Shown in pieces: positions 53,741 to 62,971 of a DNA stretch of 64,000 nucleotides. Every line of letters starts with the position of its first letter. The first letter of the stretch is position 1. The stretch is from Deltaproteobacteria bacterium (GTDB taxonomy: Bacteria; Myxococcota_A; Polyangia; JAAYKL01), in the NCBI GenBank assembly GCA_016935665.1, contig JAFGQN010000070.1, positions 378 to 64,377 of the forward strand, in the 5' to 3' direction. Under the pieces are notes generated by a model. That model saw only the letters and a program-made list of their open reading frames with translations. It did not search any database and had not been told where the DNA came from. The translations under genes were made by a program, and so were the position numbers.

Positions 53741-54397
53741 CTAGCGCGGTGGTGTGTTCTCAACCGCCAGTGGCAACGCATCACTGCGACTCACCGTATA
53801 CTCGATTTGATTGTCGGCCGGCATGGCATTGAGTTTCAATATGAATGCCACCGTCGTCTGCCCCATGTCCACGGTGAATGCGCCAGGGGGCACGTTGATA
53901 ACCGACACCTCCCCGGCAACGCCCGCCCCAGACAGACCTGTCATGTGAGGCGATGGCGACAACCGTTCCGGTTGCGGGAGCATTTCGCCGCCGGCGGCGT
54001 CAGCATCAGGTTCGCGTTGGTCCACAATGCCGGAAGCCGCCAAAGTACTGGCGGGGTTGGCTTTAGCGCCACTGCCAGATGTGTCCGGCTCAGAGGCGGG
54101 AAGGGTGCACTTTCCTCTTTTCGAACAGATTTCTCCGGCGCCGCATTGTTCCGCGCTGTTGCAGTCATACGCACAGTGGCCAAGAAAGCAGTACAGCCCG
54201 TTTGCGCAGTCAGCATCTATGGCGCATCCAGCGTGTGATGCAATTATCAGCGGCTCCCGTTCCGAGGCGGATACTGTATCGGTAACAAACTCGTTGTCCT
54301 GGTCCTGCTTTTCGTCGTTACATCCCATCACTGCCGACATAATCAGCAGTGCGAGAAAACACCGATGCAATTGAAACTTTTTTGGATGTCCTGTCAT
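53741..54397 (-). CDS. 218-aa lipoprotein-signal ORF with a small Cys-rich module; likely the N-terminus of the following 1,291-aa ORF
   Basis: Lipobox LLIMSAVMGC|NDE. The Cys-knot-like module reads CAIDADCANGLYCFLGHCAYDCNSAEQCGAGEICSKRGKC. It ends at a TAG (53743..53741) that is in frame with the next ORF. Confidence 0.8.
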   Translation of the reverse strand: MTGHPKKFQLHRCFLALLIMSAVMGCNDEKQDQDNEFVTDTVSASEREPLIIASHAGCAIDADCANGLYCFLGHCAYDCNSAEQCGAGEICSKRGKCTLPASEPDTSGSGAKANPASTLAASGIVDQREPDADAAGGEMLPQPERLSPSPHMTGLSGAGVAGEVSVINVPPGAFTVDMGQTTVAFILKLNAMPADNQIEYTVSRSDALPLAVENTPPR

Positions 54398-54496
54398 TGG
54401 TAAATAGCCCTTCTGTCATTGTGTGAGATAACCTATATGTCACCGGCTTTGCCCAATCCTGTTTGGACAAAGAGTGAAATGCATCTGCAAATCTGT

Positions 54497-57190
54497 TTAA
54501 AAAATTTTTCGTTGCAAACCGGATGTTCCGTCACCGTTTGTGGGCGTGCCGGTTTCAACGGAAAAATCAAAAGGCTCGTATTCCATGGCGCCGTTGTGCA
54601 AAATGCCAATCGAGACGCCACCATAAATTCCTTCGCCGCCGGATCCCCTGGAAATGCCGATTTTGTCGCCCGCGTCACAAAACGTCGGGCGTCGTGGATG
54701 ATCGAACAGCAATATTGCGATTGATGATCCGCCAACTTCAGATGATGGCCACTGGGCGCCTGTCCACAGACCCGCATCACTGTTAAAACCATAGGCAGTC
54801 GCGTTATTGGTTGATGAATTGCCATCAGAACCATCTGACATTTGAATCAAAACGTTTTTCATTCTGAGCTCGGGGCAGTTTTTGCATCTGATTCCGTAAA
54901 CACTGACGCCTGGATCAGCGGGATACTGGGTATAAACAGAAATATTTTTCAGCCAGGTTTCCTCGATAATTCCCAACGTCTCAGATGGGGTGCCGGTCGC
55001 AGTGTCGGTCGCGGTGTCGGTTTCGGTGTCGGTGTCTTCAGTGGTGCGGTCATCGTAAAAGAGGTCCAGCGCGATGATCGCTTTGTCAGAGTCGCCATCT
55101 GTTGCGGGAGCGACAAAAATGGAGCGGCTTTGCACAACGCCTGCCCCATCAATGTCCAATGACCACGCCTCTTCTCCTGCCGGGGGAAAACGCCGGTAAC
55201 CGCCATAGATACCCACGCCGTTTTTTAACCGGACATTCTCTTCGAGCAACAGCGTTCCCGACGCCGCATATACATCAACTCCGCGGATCCGGGCTTCTGT
55301 AATCGCGTCCTTCAGTGACGTAAACGGGTTTTCCATGGTGCCATCGCCATTGTCAGACAATAAGCCAGGGGCCACAAAAACGGCTTCTTTGTCGCCATCG
55401 AACCCATCACAGTTGCCGTCTTTGCCATCGTCAGGCACCTCAGAGACAGGGACAAAGGCAGGCATGCAGGCAAGCTGTCCGTTGATGCATTCAATTTTGC
55501 CTTCGTCGCATGGGGGACTGATACCCTCGATGGTACATGCCACCGGCAGATAGTGTTCATCCACTTCGCCGTCGCAGTCGTCATCCACATTGTCGCAGTC
55601 ATCGTCAGCGAACGTGCCCGGCTCGATGCCTTCGCATAAAATATTGCCGTCCACTTCACGCAACAGTCCGTCACTGCATATGCCGGGATTTCCAGTGCTG
55701 CATGGCGTCCCCGCAGAGGCAGGCTGGGTATCGTCCACGTCCCAGGCATTCTTTACATATCCTTCGGGCGCGGCGCCTGCGCAATAAAAGTAATCGTTCA
55801 GATTTTCCAGCGCGCTATCCGCTGCGAATCCCCGTCCATCCTGATCATTGTCTGGAAACCAGAGATTTTCGCCAATGGCGGTTTCACAGCCGTTGACGAC
55901 GTCGCCATCGCAGTCGGCGTAATTGGCATCATTGCAGCTTATGCGACATTCCCCGGTCTGTGCTGATGCATTGTACGAACAGGCGCTGACAGCCGCATTG
56001 GCATCAGCGGTGCCTTCGGATTCGCCACCGCAAACGTTATAACAGCCGCCGCAATGAAAGCTGTTGTACGCATCTGCGCCAATCTGTTCCGCGTCGTCGG
56101 ACAGACCGTTGCAGTTGTAGTCAAAGGCCCCGCAGGCGTCGGGGAAGGGATGATCCATCCTGTGTGGATTGAAGTACGCCAGTGGGTTGGTATCGTCGCA
56201 ATCCACCGGCGACAGGCCATCGCTTCTGGCGCCACAGTGCCCCACGCCATAGGTGTCGCCATCCAAATCCCTGCAACTGCTGCACGTGTTTTCATCTGGA
56301 CGGCAGTAGGTGGCATCGTTCTGCGCGACATCGCAGCTGAACCCGGCGGGGCAGTTGCCGGCGTCGCTGCATTGCATCAGGCACAGTCCTCTTTGGTCGC
56401 TGTCGGGTTTCGCGTCGGACAAATAACGCCAGCATATGCCATCGGAACACTCCGATGATTTCAGGCAGGGCCTGCAAAACGATGACGGCACAGTGTCGGC
56501 CTGCGCAAACGGCGGACGGCAGATAGCCGAGAATGCCTGCCCAGCGGCCATTGCAGCGGTATCAATCTGATTGTCATAAGGAAAATCTCCCGGTTGCTCA
56601 GGATAGGGAGACGCACCGGCGGCAACCAGCTGACACACAAACGGATGCGTCTTGCCCCGGGCATCGACAACCGTCAGTGATTGGCATACTGATTCGTCAA
56701 GGGTGCAATCCAGTGAGCAGACACCCGAACCGGTCAGATTGGGAAACACCGACGAGAGTGGCAGGCTGGCTGATGCGCCTGAAAAAGGCGTACCTGAATT
56801 AACCGATGTGATGCAGTTTCCGGGCTCGGACAAACAGTCCTCATCGGTATTGCACTGTATATAGTCTGTCTGGGTGGTTGCGTTTATCGGCAGTGCCGTA
56901 TCTGCAGAATCGCTGTCTGTCTCCTGCGGGTGAGTGTCCGTGGTATCGCCTGAGGTATCTGATGTGTCGCTGGATGGTGGTTCGGATGCGCTGTCTTCTG
57001 AAGACGACGAGTCTGGCACACAGACGCCCTGGACACACTTGCCTGTCTGACAATCCGTGCGGGTAACGCATTCGGGTGCAGTGTCATCGCCGCCCCGATC
57101 GCATGCGACCATCAGCAGCGCCATACCCTGCAGGCCTAACCCGATAACGGCCCATTTGAACAACTGATAAAAACGGCTTGTTATTTTCAT
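54497..57190 (-). CDS. 897-aa lipoprotein: acidic linker, Cys-rich modules incl. MopE-like DxDxDG/CDD motifs, parallel beta-helix-like C-part
   Basis: Lipobox ALLMVAC|DRG. The Cys-rich region reads CSSCRDLDGDTYGVGHCG...VDCDDTNPLAYF...CGAFDYNCNGLSDDAEQ. The beta-helix N-cap-like motif is GDGTMENPFTSLKDAITEA. It is a paralogue of the upstream gene, with a 4-nt ATGA overlap. Confidence 0.9.
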   Translation of the reverse strand: MKITSRFYQLFKWAVIGLGLQGMALLMVACDRGGDDTAPECVTRTDCQTGKCVQGVCVPDSSSSEDSASEPPSSDTSDTSGDTTDTHPQETDSDSADTALPINATTQTDYIQCNTDEDCLSEPGNCITSVNSGTPFSGASASLPLSSVFPNLTGSGVCSLDCTLDESVCQSLTVVDARGKTHPFVCQLVAAGASPYPEQPGDFPYDNQIDTAAMAAGQAFSAICRPPFAQADTVPSSFCRPCLKSSECSDGICWRYLSDAKPDSDQRGLCLMQCSDAGNCPAGFSCDVAQNDATYCRPDENTCSSCRDLDGDTYGVGHCGARSDGLSPVDCDDTNPLAYFNPHRMDHPFPDACGAFDYNCNGLSDDAEQIGADAYNSFHCGGCYNVCGGESEGTADANAAVSACSYNASAQTGECRISCNDANYADCDGDVVNGCETAIGENLWFPDNDQDGRGFAADSALENLNDYFYCAGAAPEGYVKNAWDVDDTQPASAGTPCSTGNPGICSDGLLREVDGNILCEGIEPGTFADDDCDNVDDDCDGEVDEHYLPVACTIEGISPPCDEGKIECINGQLACMPAFVPVSEVPDDGKDGNCDGFDGDKEAVFVAPGLLSDNGDGTMENPFTSLKDAITEARIRGVDVYAASGTLLLEENVRLKNGVGIYGGYRRFPPAGEEAWSLDIDGAGVVQSRSIFVAPATDGDSDKAIIALDLFYDDRTTEDTDTETDTATDTATGTPSETLGIIEETWLKNISVYTQYPADPGVSVYGIRCKNCPELRMKNVLIQMSDGSDGNSSTNNATAYGFNSDAGLWTGAQWPSSEVGGSSIAILLFDHPRRPTFCDAGDKIGISRGSGGEGIYGGVSIGILHNGAMEYEPFDFSVETGTPTNGDGTSGLQRKIF

Positions 57191-60100
57191 AGTCCACCTC
57201 CCATAACCGCTTCATCCCGACAATCGCCTCTAAGCATGAACACCCCGCATTTCATCCCCTGAGTATTTGCAGGCGGCACCGAACATGTATTGCCATCCGC
57301 TGCGGCATTGGCCGAAACAACACCAGCGGTTTTTCCTGGCGCGCCGCCTTTTCCCGGTGCACCGCAGTTGCCTGCTACGCCGGACTCGGCAGCATTAATT
57401 TCAATGGTGTCAGCGTCTGAACCTATCAATGCGTCGCATGAAATCGCGTCGCACAGCGCTCCGATAGAATCTCCGCCCGCACCGCCGGGGCCAGGGTTTC
57501 CCCCGGCGCCGCCGCCGCCGCCACCACCGTATCCGCCGTTTCCACCGTAAATAAAAAGGCTTTCGTAGGGGCGCGTTTCGCCCTTGCTGCCTTTCCCGCC
57601 GTTGCCACCGTTACCCCCGTTGCCGCCATTTCCGCCTTCCCCGCCTGTACCACCATCTCCCGCCGTGATGCTGATGCCATCCAAATGAATTCCAGCAGAT
57701 CGGAGCAAAATCAGCCCGATAGCTGAACCTCCCACATGCCCGCCGTTACCGTTGATGCCGTTTCGTCCGCAGGCCCCCCCGGAGCCGCCGCCGCCGCCCC
57801 ATGCATGATACACCCAGTTGTCGCCGGCCCAATAGTACTGGGTGGCGCCGCCACCGCCGCCGCCGCCATCGCCGCCAATCGTTCCGGCGCCGAATGTCTG
57901 TATGTTTGAAATTATGTCTGAATTACCGGTCCAGAGGGGGTGGGTTGATTCGTCGAGAAAACTCAATCTGAGTTGTTCAGGATAAAAGAATGCGAACGTG
58001 TCCGGGGTTCCGTTTGCACCGACGCGCCCGTTTTCTGCTGTCTGGCCACGTGTTTCACCTGGTTTTCCCCCTTGACCGTTTAAACTGGTAGCGCGGCTGC
58101 CATTCGCTCCTGCCTTCCCCGATAACGGTTCTGCTGGGGCGCTCCAGATATTCGCAGCGTCCTGGCCGCCATCTCCGCCCGCTCCTGCCGAACAATTGCT
58201 GCACGGCATCGCACCTGTTCTGGTTGCAGTGACGGATTTGCCGTCCCAGGCCGCATAACTGTTGTCTCTGCGCCCTGCGCCATCGGCGCCATTATCGCCC
58301 TTGACGCCCTTATTGGCAGCGCAAACCGATATCTCCACCTGGGTCAGGACGAGGCCGGCGCATTCGTTGCACACCATTCCGTAAAAGCTGATGCCATCGG
58401 CCAGATTTGCATCTTCCTTCTCAACCGAAATATTCACGTTGCTGACGACCGTCTCTGAATAGATGGCGTATCCGGATATTCCGGTAAATTTTTGGACCGC
58501 CCCTCCTCGGTATGTCCTTAGAATCGAAGTGGCAGTGGCGCCAGACGTGGCCGGCGCAGTCCAGGTGTTGACGCCTTGCGCAGTTTCCTTTTTGTAACCG
58601 CCCCAAATGTTTACCCCATCCATGAGCCTGGGTTCGGCAAGTTCGTCGAGGTTATACATACCCGCTTCAACAATAATATCCACGCCTGCATCGCCTGCGG
58701 CCATTCGTTTTTCAGCTTCAGCAAATGCATCGCTCAGGTTATCAAAGGGATTGTCTTTTGTGCCATCTGTACCGGTCGCAGTGCCGTACATGACAAAAAT
58801 GGTCCGGTTCGCATCCCAGTCGAAACCGTCACAGTTTGCATCAATGCCATCACCAATCGCCTCCTTCTCTGTCGACGTTAATGCACACACAATCGCTCCA
58901 TTCTGGCAGGCGTAGTAATTCCCGCAGCCGCCACAGGATGCGCCAACGGTAACTGTTTCATCGCCATAGATGCCTGACGTGGCGTCTTCATCGACAAAAC
59001 CATCACAGTCATTATCGAGATCGTCGCAGGTTTCATAGGTATCCGGTGTGTTGACCGGCACACATTCGACTGCCATGTCCTCTCCACTGGTCACCCATTC
59101 CCATTTACCAATACGGCACTCGCCATCCAGTTCGGGATTGACACAATCAGCGCCCGCCTGGGTGACATCACCGTCATACGGATCGTCATTGTTGTTTACA
59201 TATCCAGGCTGAACATCGCCGCCGCACACGGGTTGAGGAAAAAGTGGCGCCAGCGGATCTCCCAGTCCATCGCCATCGACATCCGCGTAGTAGAGGCTGG
59301 TGGCATCGCTGATAGACAATTCGCAGCCGGTCTCCAGTTTTCCATCGCAGTCCACCCACCCCTTTACCGAATCAATGCAGTCGTCGCACATACCGGTCGC
59401 ATCGGTATCAACGCAATCCTCGCACAGGACGCATCTGGCCGTGCACTGCGGGACGCCATCCCGTTCAGCGCACATTGATATGCCGTGCGCCACCGGCCCA
59501 ATGCACTCGCTGTAACATGCGCCGCAATGCACCTCTCCAAACACATCGGCGCCGGTCTGCTCCTGGTCATCGGACAATCCGTTGCAGTTGTAGTCAAACG
59601 GCCCGCAGTGCTGCGGAAAGGCGTGCGTCATATCGGTACTGTCGTAATACGCGTCTTTGTTGAAATCATCGCAATCGACCGATGATGCATAGGCGTTGCC
59701 ACCGCCACACTGTCCAACACCCCGGCCATCATCGTCCAAATCCCGGCACCCCGTACAGGTATCCTCCAAAGGTCGACAGAAGGCGCCATCGCCGGTGAGT
59801 GTGCTGTCGCATAGAAAACCAGCAGGGCAATCCTCACCGTCCCCGCAGGCCATCAGGCATGTGCCCAGACTTTCCGGCGTCCCTTCTCTTTTTGAAAAAA
59901 ACTGCCAGCACAGCCCGTTGGCGCATTGTTCGGAACCACTGCAGGGGTTGCAGAAATCATCGCTGACAAGGGGATGCAGCTCAAAAGGCGGTCTGCAGAT
60001 AGCGGCATAGGGCACACCGGCTTTCATCTCGAAGAAATCCAGTTCCTGCTCAAAGGGAAAGTCCGACGGTGCCGATGGATAGGGCGATGCAGTCGATGCG

Positions 60101-60675
60101 ATCAGCTGGCACGTGTATGGCACGGGATTCCCGGAACCATCTGGACGCATCAGCGCGTTGCAGTCCCCTGGGCTGTTGGTGCAGGCCAGCGTGCAGACGC
60201 CGCTTTTTTCAATCTGCAAAAAAATGTCGCTCACAGAGATGAATGACACACCGTCCTTTCCGATTCTGTTGAGAGGAATTTCGCGGATACAGCTGCCAAA
60301 TCCCACCGGGCAGTCCGCATCCCGGTCACAGGACAGATAATCTTTTATGGTGACGTTCCCGGTGTGGTTCTGGCTGGCGTCCGAGTCGCCGGACGTCTGT
60401 GTTGAGGTGTCGCCGTCAGAGTCGGAGTCAGAAAGCGTATCAGCAGTCCAGTCTGTACTGGTGTCGGTGTCAGTGTCGGCGCCAGGGGCTGAATCCGTGG
60501 AAACAGGGTTGAAACTGTCACTGTCCATCTCTGGAAGCGTCGCTGTGTTGTCGGAGTTAGTATCGTTTTGCGAATCGGTTTCGCTGTTCGAGCCATTACC
60601 ACCGTTCGAACAGCCGATAAAAGCGACAGTTGCCAGATTTAATAAACACAATGCAATGTTGACGCGCGTATACAT
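57187..60675 (-). CDS. ~1,160-aa lipoprotein paralogue with added Gly-rich (GGN/GGx) C-terminal region
   Basis: GAGGA RBS plus ATG 60675 gives MYTRVNIALCLLNLATVAFIGC|SNG (the track ORF opens at 60762). The Cys-module order matches 54497..57190 (CTGCRDLDDDGRGVGQCG...VDCDDFNKDAYY...CGPFDYNCNGLSDDQEQ). It also has GTDGTKDNPFDNLSDAFAEA. The C-terminal Gly-rich tracts are GGDGGTGGEGGNGGNGGNGGNGGKG and GGNGGYGGGGGGGAGGNPGPGGAGG. Confidence 0.9.
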   Translation of the reverse strand: MYTRVNIALCLLNLATVAFIGCSNGGNGSNSETDSQNDTNSDNTATLPEMDSDSFNPVSTDSAPGADTDTDTSTDWTADTLSDSDSDGDTSTQTSGDSDASQNHTGNVTIKDYLSCDRDADCPVGFGSCIREIPLNRIGKDGVSFISVSDIFLQIEKSGVCTLACTNSPGDCNALMRPDGSGNPVPYTCQLIASTASPYPSAPSDFPFEQELDFFEMKAGVPYAAICRPPFELHPLVSDDFCNPCSGSEQCANGLCWQFFSKREGTPESLGTCLMACGDGEDCPAGFLCDSTLTGDGAFCRPLEDTCTGCRDLDDDGRGVGQCGGGNAYASSVDCDDFNKDAYYDSTDMTHAFPQHCGPFDYNCNGLSDDQEQTGADVFGEVHCGACYSECIGPVAHGISMCAERDGVPQCTARCVLCEDCVDTDATGMCDDCIDSVKGWVDCDGKLETGCELSISDATSLYYADVDGDGLGDPLAPLFPQPVCGGDVQPGYVNNNDDPYDGDVTQAGADCVNPELDGECRIGKWEWVTSGEDMAVECVPVNTPDTYETCDDLDNDCDGFVDEDATSGIYGDETVTVGASCGGCGNYYACQNGAIVCALTSTEKEAIGDGIDANCDGFDWDANRTIFVMYGTATGTDGTKDNPFDNLSDAFAEAEKRMAAGDAGVDIIVEAGMYNLDELAEPRLMDGVNIWGGYKKETAQGVNTWTAPATSGATATSILRTYRGGAVQKFTGISGYAIYSETVVSNVNISVEKEDANLADGISFYGMVCNECAGLVLTQVEISVCAANKGVKGDNGADGAGRRDNSYAAWDGKSVTATRTGAMPCSNCSAGAGGDGGQDAANIWSAPAEPLSGKAGANGSRATSLNGQGGKPGETRGQTAENGRVGANGTPDTFAFFYPEQLRLSFLDESTHPLWTGNSDIISNIQTFGAGTIGGDGGGGGGGATQYYWAGDNWVYHAWGGGGGSGGACGRNGINGNGGHVGGSAIGLILLRSAGIHLDGISITAGDGGTGGEGGNGGNGGNGGNGGKGSKGETRPYESLFIYGGNGGYGGGGGGGAGGNPGPGGAGGDSIGALCDAISCDALIGSDADTIEINAAESGVAGNCGAPGKGGAPGKTAGVVSANAAADGNTCSVPPANTQGMKCGVFMLRGDCRDEAVMGGGL

Positions 60676-60807
60676 ATTTTTTGTCCTCAATGGTAAACCG
60701 GTAAAATCCAAAAATATCGCGATGCAATATTTGTCTGACTGTCCCGCAGGCTGAAGTTTCATGATTTGTTCTTCAATCTGTTTTCAACAATACAGTAAAA
60801 ATGCAAT

Positions 60808-60819
60808 AATCCGCGGATT
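60808..60819. promoter_or_regulatory. perfect 12-bp palindrome AATCCGCGGATT in the divergent promoter region, with a related half-repeat at 60881-60895
   Basis: ATGCAATAATCCGCGGATT (60801-60819) versus ATGCGAAATAATGCGGATTGC (60875-60895). It lies between the lipoprotein operon start (60675) and the LytS-like kinase gene. Confidence 0.3.
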
Positions 60820-60848
60820 CAACCAGACTGTGATGAAATGGCAATTAT

Positions 60849-62933
60849 GTGATGAATTGCACAGTTGCGTTGCTATGCGAAATAATGCGGATTGCTAAAA
60901 AAACGGTCGCCTATCAAATTATGAAAAGGCATAATCTCTGGATGCCGCCTGTTTTTTCTTTCTTTCCGAATTGTTACACCGCACTGCATTGGAGCAAAGT
61001 GCATGATTCAGCGCATGATTCTCTGTTCAGACAGTTGTGTTTTCTGGCAGTGATATGGCTTGCAGTATCGGGTTGCGGAACGTCAAACGCACCTGCCGCC
61101 GAGACCGGTACGCTTGATTTAACCGACTGGTCATTTTATCACAACGGTTCGATTCCCCTGGATGGACAGTGGGAGTTTTACCCCGGCCAGCTGTACACAC
61201 CAGCGGATTTTTCGACGGATGCTGTTCACAGGGAACCGGTTTTCGCAGAAATACCCGGCCCTTTGGTTCGACACCAGAACGAAAATTCGCTGTTTGCCCG
61301 AGCGGGTTTTGGCACCTATCGGTTACGGATTCATATCGCGAAAACACCTGCCCTGGCGCTTGGGATGAAAGATGTGTGGTCAGCGTATCGGCTGTGGATT
61401 AATGGCAATCTGTTGTTGGAATCCGGCCGGGTTGGCACCGACATTCATCACGAACAGTTGCAATACAGCCGGCAGGTGAGCGCCAAAATACCCGATGCGG
61501 TATCTCTTGAGATTGTTGTCCAGATATCCAGTTTTCATGCGTCTTCCGGTGGAATGCTGCAGTCACCGGTGCTGGGCCCCCGGAAACAGCAGATTCGGTC
61601 GCATTACTTTGAATGGGTCTGGCGTAATTTTGTGCTGGGAGCGCTGGCGATTATGGGACTCTATCATTTTTTGGTGTATCTGTTCCGCCGCAAGGAACGC
61701 TCAAATCTGCTGCTCAGCATTTACAGCTGGCTGTGGGCACTCAATTTTGCGGTTACCACCACATCGGTGTGGATGCCGGCAACGCTGTTTCCCGATATTC
61801 CCATTTCTTTTCTGCGACGCATTGACCACTTCACCTTTTACATGTCAATGCCGGTCAATCTGTATTTCATCCGGTCTCTGTTTGCTGGTGTGATTTCCAG
61901 ACGCGTGGTTAAAGCGGCATTTGCAGTGTTCAGTATTGTATCGTTAATATCATGCATGTTGCCGCTGCAGCTGTCTGAGCCCATGGTGGTGTACATGCTT
62001 GTGTTTGTTGCGCCTGCGCTTCTGATTGCGTTCGCGGCCATTTGCAGAGCGATGGTGAAAGGCCGTCCCGGCGCACGCCTGGCCTTCGCCGGATATGTTG
62101 TTCTTACTGCTATGTCGATAAACGATATGCTGCTGATCGGCAGGGTGCTCAATACCGTTGAGCTGGTGTTTATTGGCATTTTTCTGTTTATGCTGCTTCA
62201 GTCCATGGCGCTTTCAAAACGGTTTTCCACGGCGTTCAGTGCCGTCGAACAGTTGTCTGTTCAACAGAAAAAACACCTGTGCATTGCAGCCGAACTCGAA
62301 CAGCGTCGTTTGTCTGAGGCCGAAGCCAAATGGAACGCCCGGTTTCAGCAGCAGGAAAAGCTTCGGTTTCAATTTGCGCCCCATTTTCTGTTCAATACGC
62401 TGAACTCCATTCGCGCGTCCATTATTGATGATCCCACCACCGCCAGGGAGATGCTCACCACTCTGGCCGAGTTGAACCGTATCACCATTGCAAACCGCAC
62501 CCGGACAGCGGTCACTGTCGCCGAAGAGCTGCAAATGGTGCGCCTCTATCTAACGCTGGAACAGGCCCGGTATGGCGACTATCTGACCTCAACGTTTCAT
62601 GTGTCACCTGAAACAGAAAATCTGAGCATCCCCTGCTTTCTATTGCAGCCGCTGGTGGAAAACGCGATCAAACACGGCAAACAGACATGTCCCGACGAAT
62701 TGCAGGTGGCCATCACCATTTGTCTGGAGGACAGGGACCTGATTTTATGTGTGTCCAATTCGGGTAAATGGATTTCTCCGGAAATTCCTTCGCCAGGGCC
62801 ATCTACCGGCTTTGGACTGAATCATTTGCGGGAACGGCTGAAATTCTGGGATGGCGCTGTGACACAGTACGAGAAAAACGGCTGGAACTATGTGGAAATT
62901 CGCATTGCAGTTCAACCGGCCTGCGGTGACTGA
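60849..62933 (+). CDS. LytS/YehU-type sensor histidine kinase with 7TMR-DISM extracellular and 7-TM domains
   Basis: The periplasmic part, LDGQWEFYPGQLYTPADF, is 7TMR-DISMED2-like, followed by ~7 TM helices. The His_kinase (PF06580-type) motif is FQFAPHFLFNTLNSIRASI and the HATPase motif is LLQPLVENAIKHG. The true start is probably later, e.g. GTG 60999, which gives a signal-like LCFLAVIWLAVSGC. Confidence 0.9.
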   Translation: MMNCTVALLCEIMRIAKKTVAYQIMKRHNLWMPPVFSFFPNCYTALHWSKVHDSAHDSLFRQLCFLAVIWLAVSGCGTSNAPAAETGTLDLTDWSFYHNGSIPLDGQWEFYPGQLYTPADFSTDAVHREPVFAEIPGPLVRHQNENSLFARAGFGTYRLRIHIAKTPALALGMKDVWSAYRLWINGNLLLESGRVGTDIHHEQLQYSRQVSAKIPDAVSLEIVVQISSFHASSGGMLQSPVLGPRKQQIRSHYFEWVWRNFVLGALAIMGLYHFLVYLFRRKERSNLLLSIYSWLWALNFAVTTTSVWMPATLFPDIPISFLRRIDHFTFYMSMPVNLYFIRSLFAGVISRRVVKAAFAVFSIVSLISCMLPLQLSEPMVVYMLVFVAPALLIAFAAICRAMVKGRPGARLAFAGYVVLTAMSINDMLLIGRVLNTVELVFIGIFLFMLLQSMALSKRFSTAFSAVEQLSVQQKKHLCIAAELEQRRLSEAEAKWNARFQQQEKLRFQFAPHFLFNTLNSIRASIIDDPTTAREMLTTLAELNRITIANRTRTAVTVAEELQMVRLYLTLEQARYGDYLTSTFHVSPETENLSIPCFLLQPLVENAIKHGKQTCPDELQVAITICLEDRDLILCVSNSGKWISPEIPSPGPSTGFGLNHLRERLKFWDGAVTQYEKNGWNYVEIRIAVQPACGD

Positions 62934-62971
62934 TGGTCAGGACATCGTTTCTGTGATAAATCAGGCAGTCT

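Noticed and set aside
53741-53743. In-frame TAG (and the TGA at 23372-23374) as programmed pyrrolysine or selenocysteine recoding
   Set aside because: TAG and TGA are used as ordinary stops by many well-supported genes in this window. No pyl or sel genes and no SECIS-like hairpin are evident downstream. Nonsense mutation, sequencing error or simple reinitiation are more parsimonious. The junctions are still reported as findings.
57290-57550. Proline-rich plus-strand ORF (PGAPPFPGAP...PPPPPPPYPPFPP)
   Set aside because: It is the reverse complement of the Gly-rich (GGN)n tract of the 57187..60675 gene. It has no start context and no independent support.
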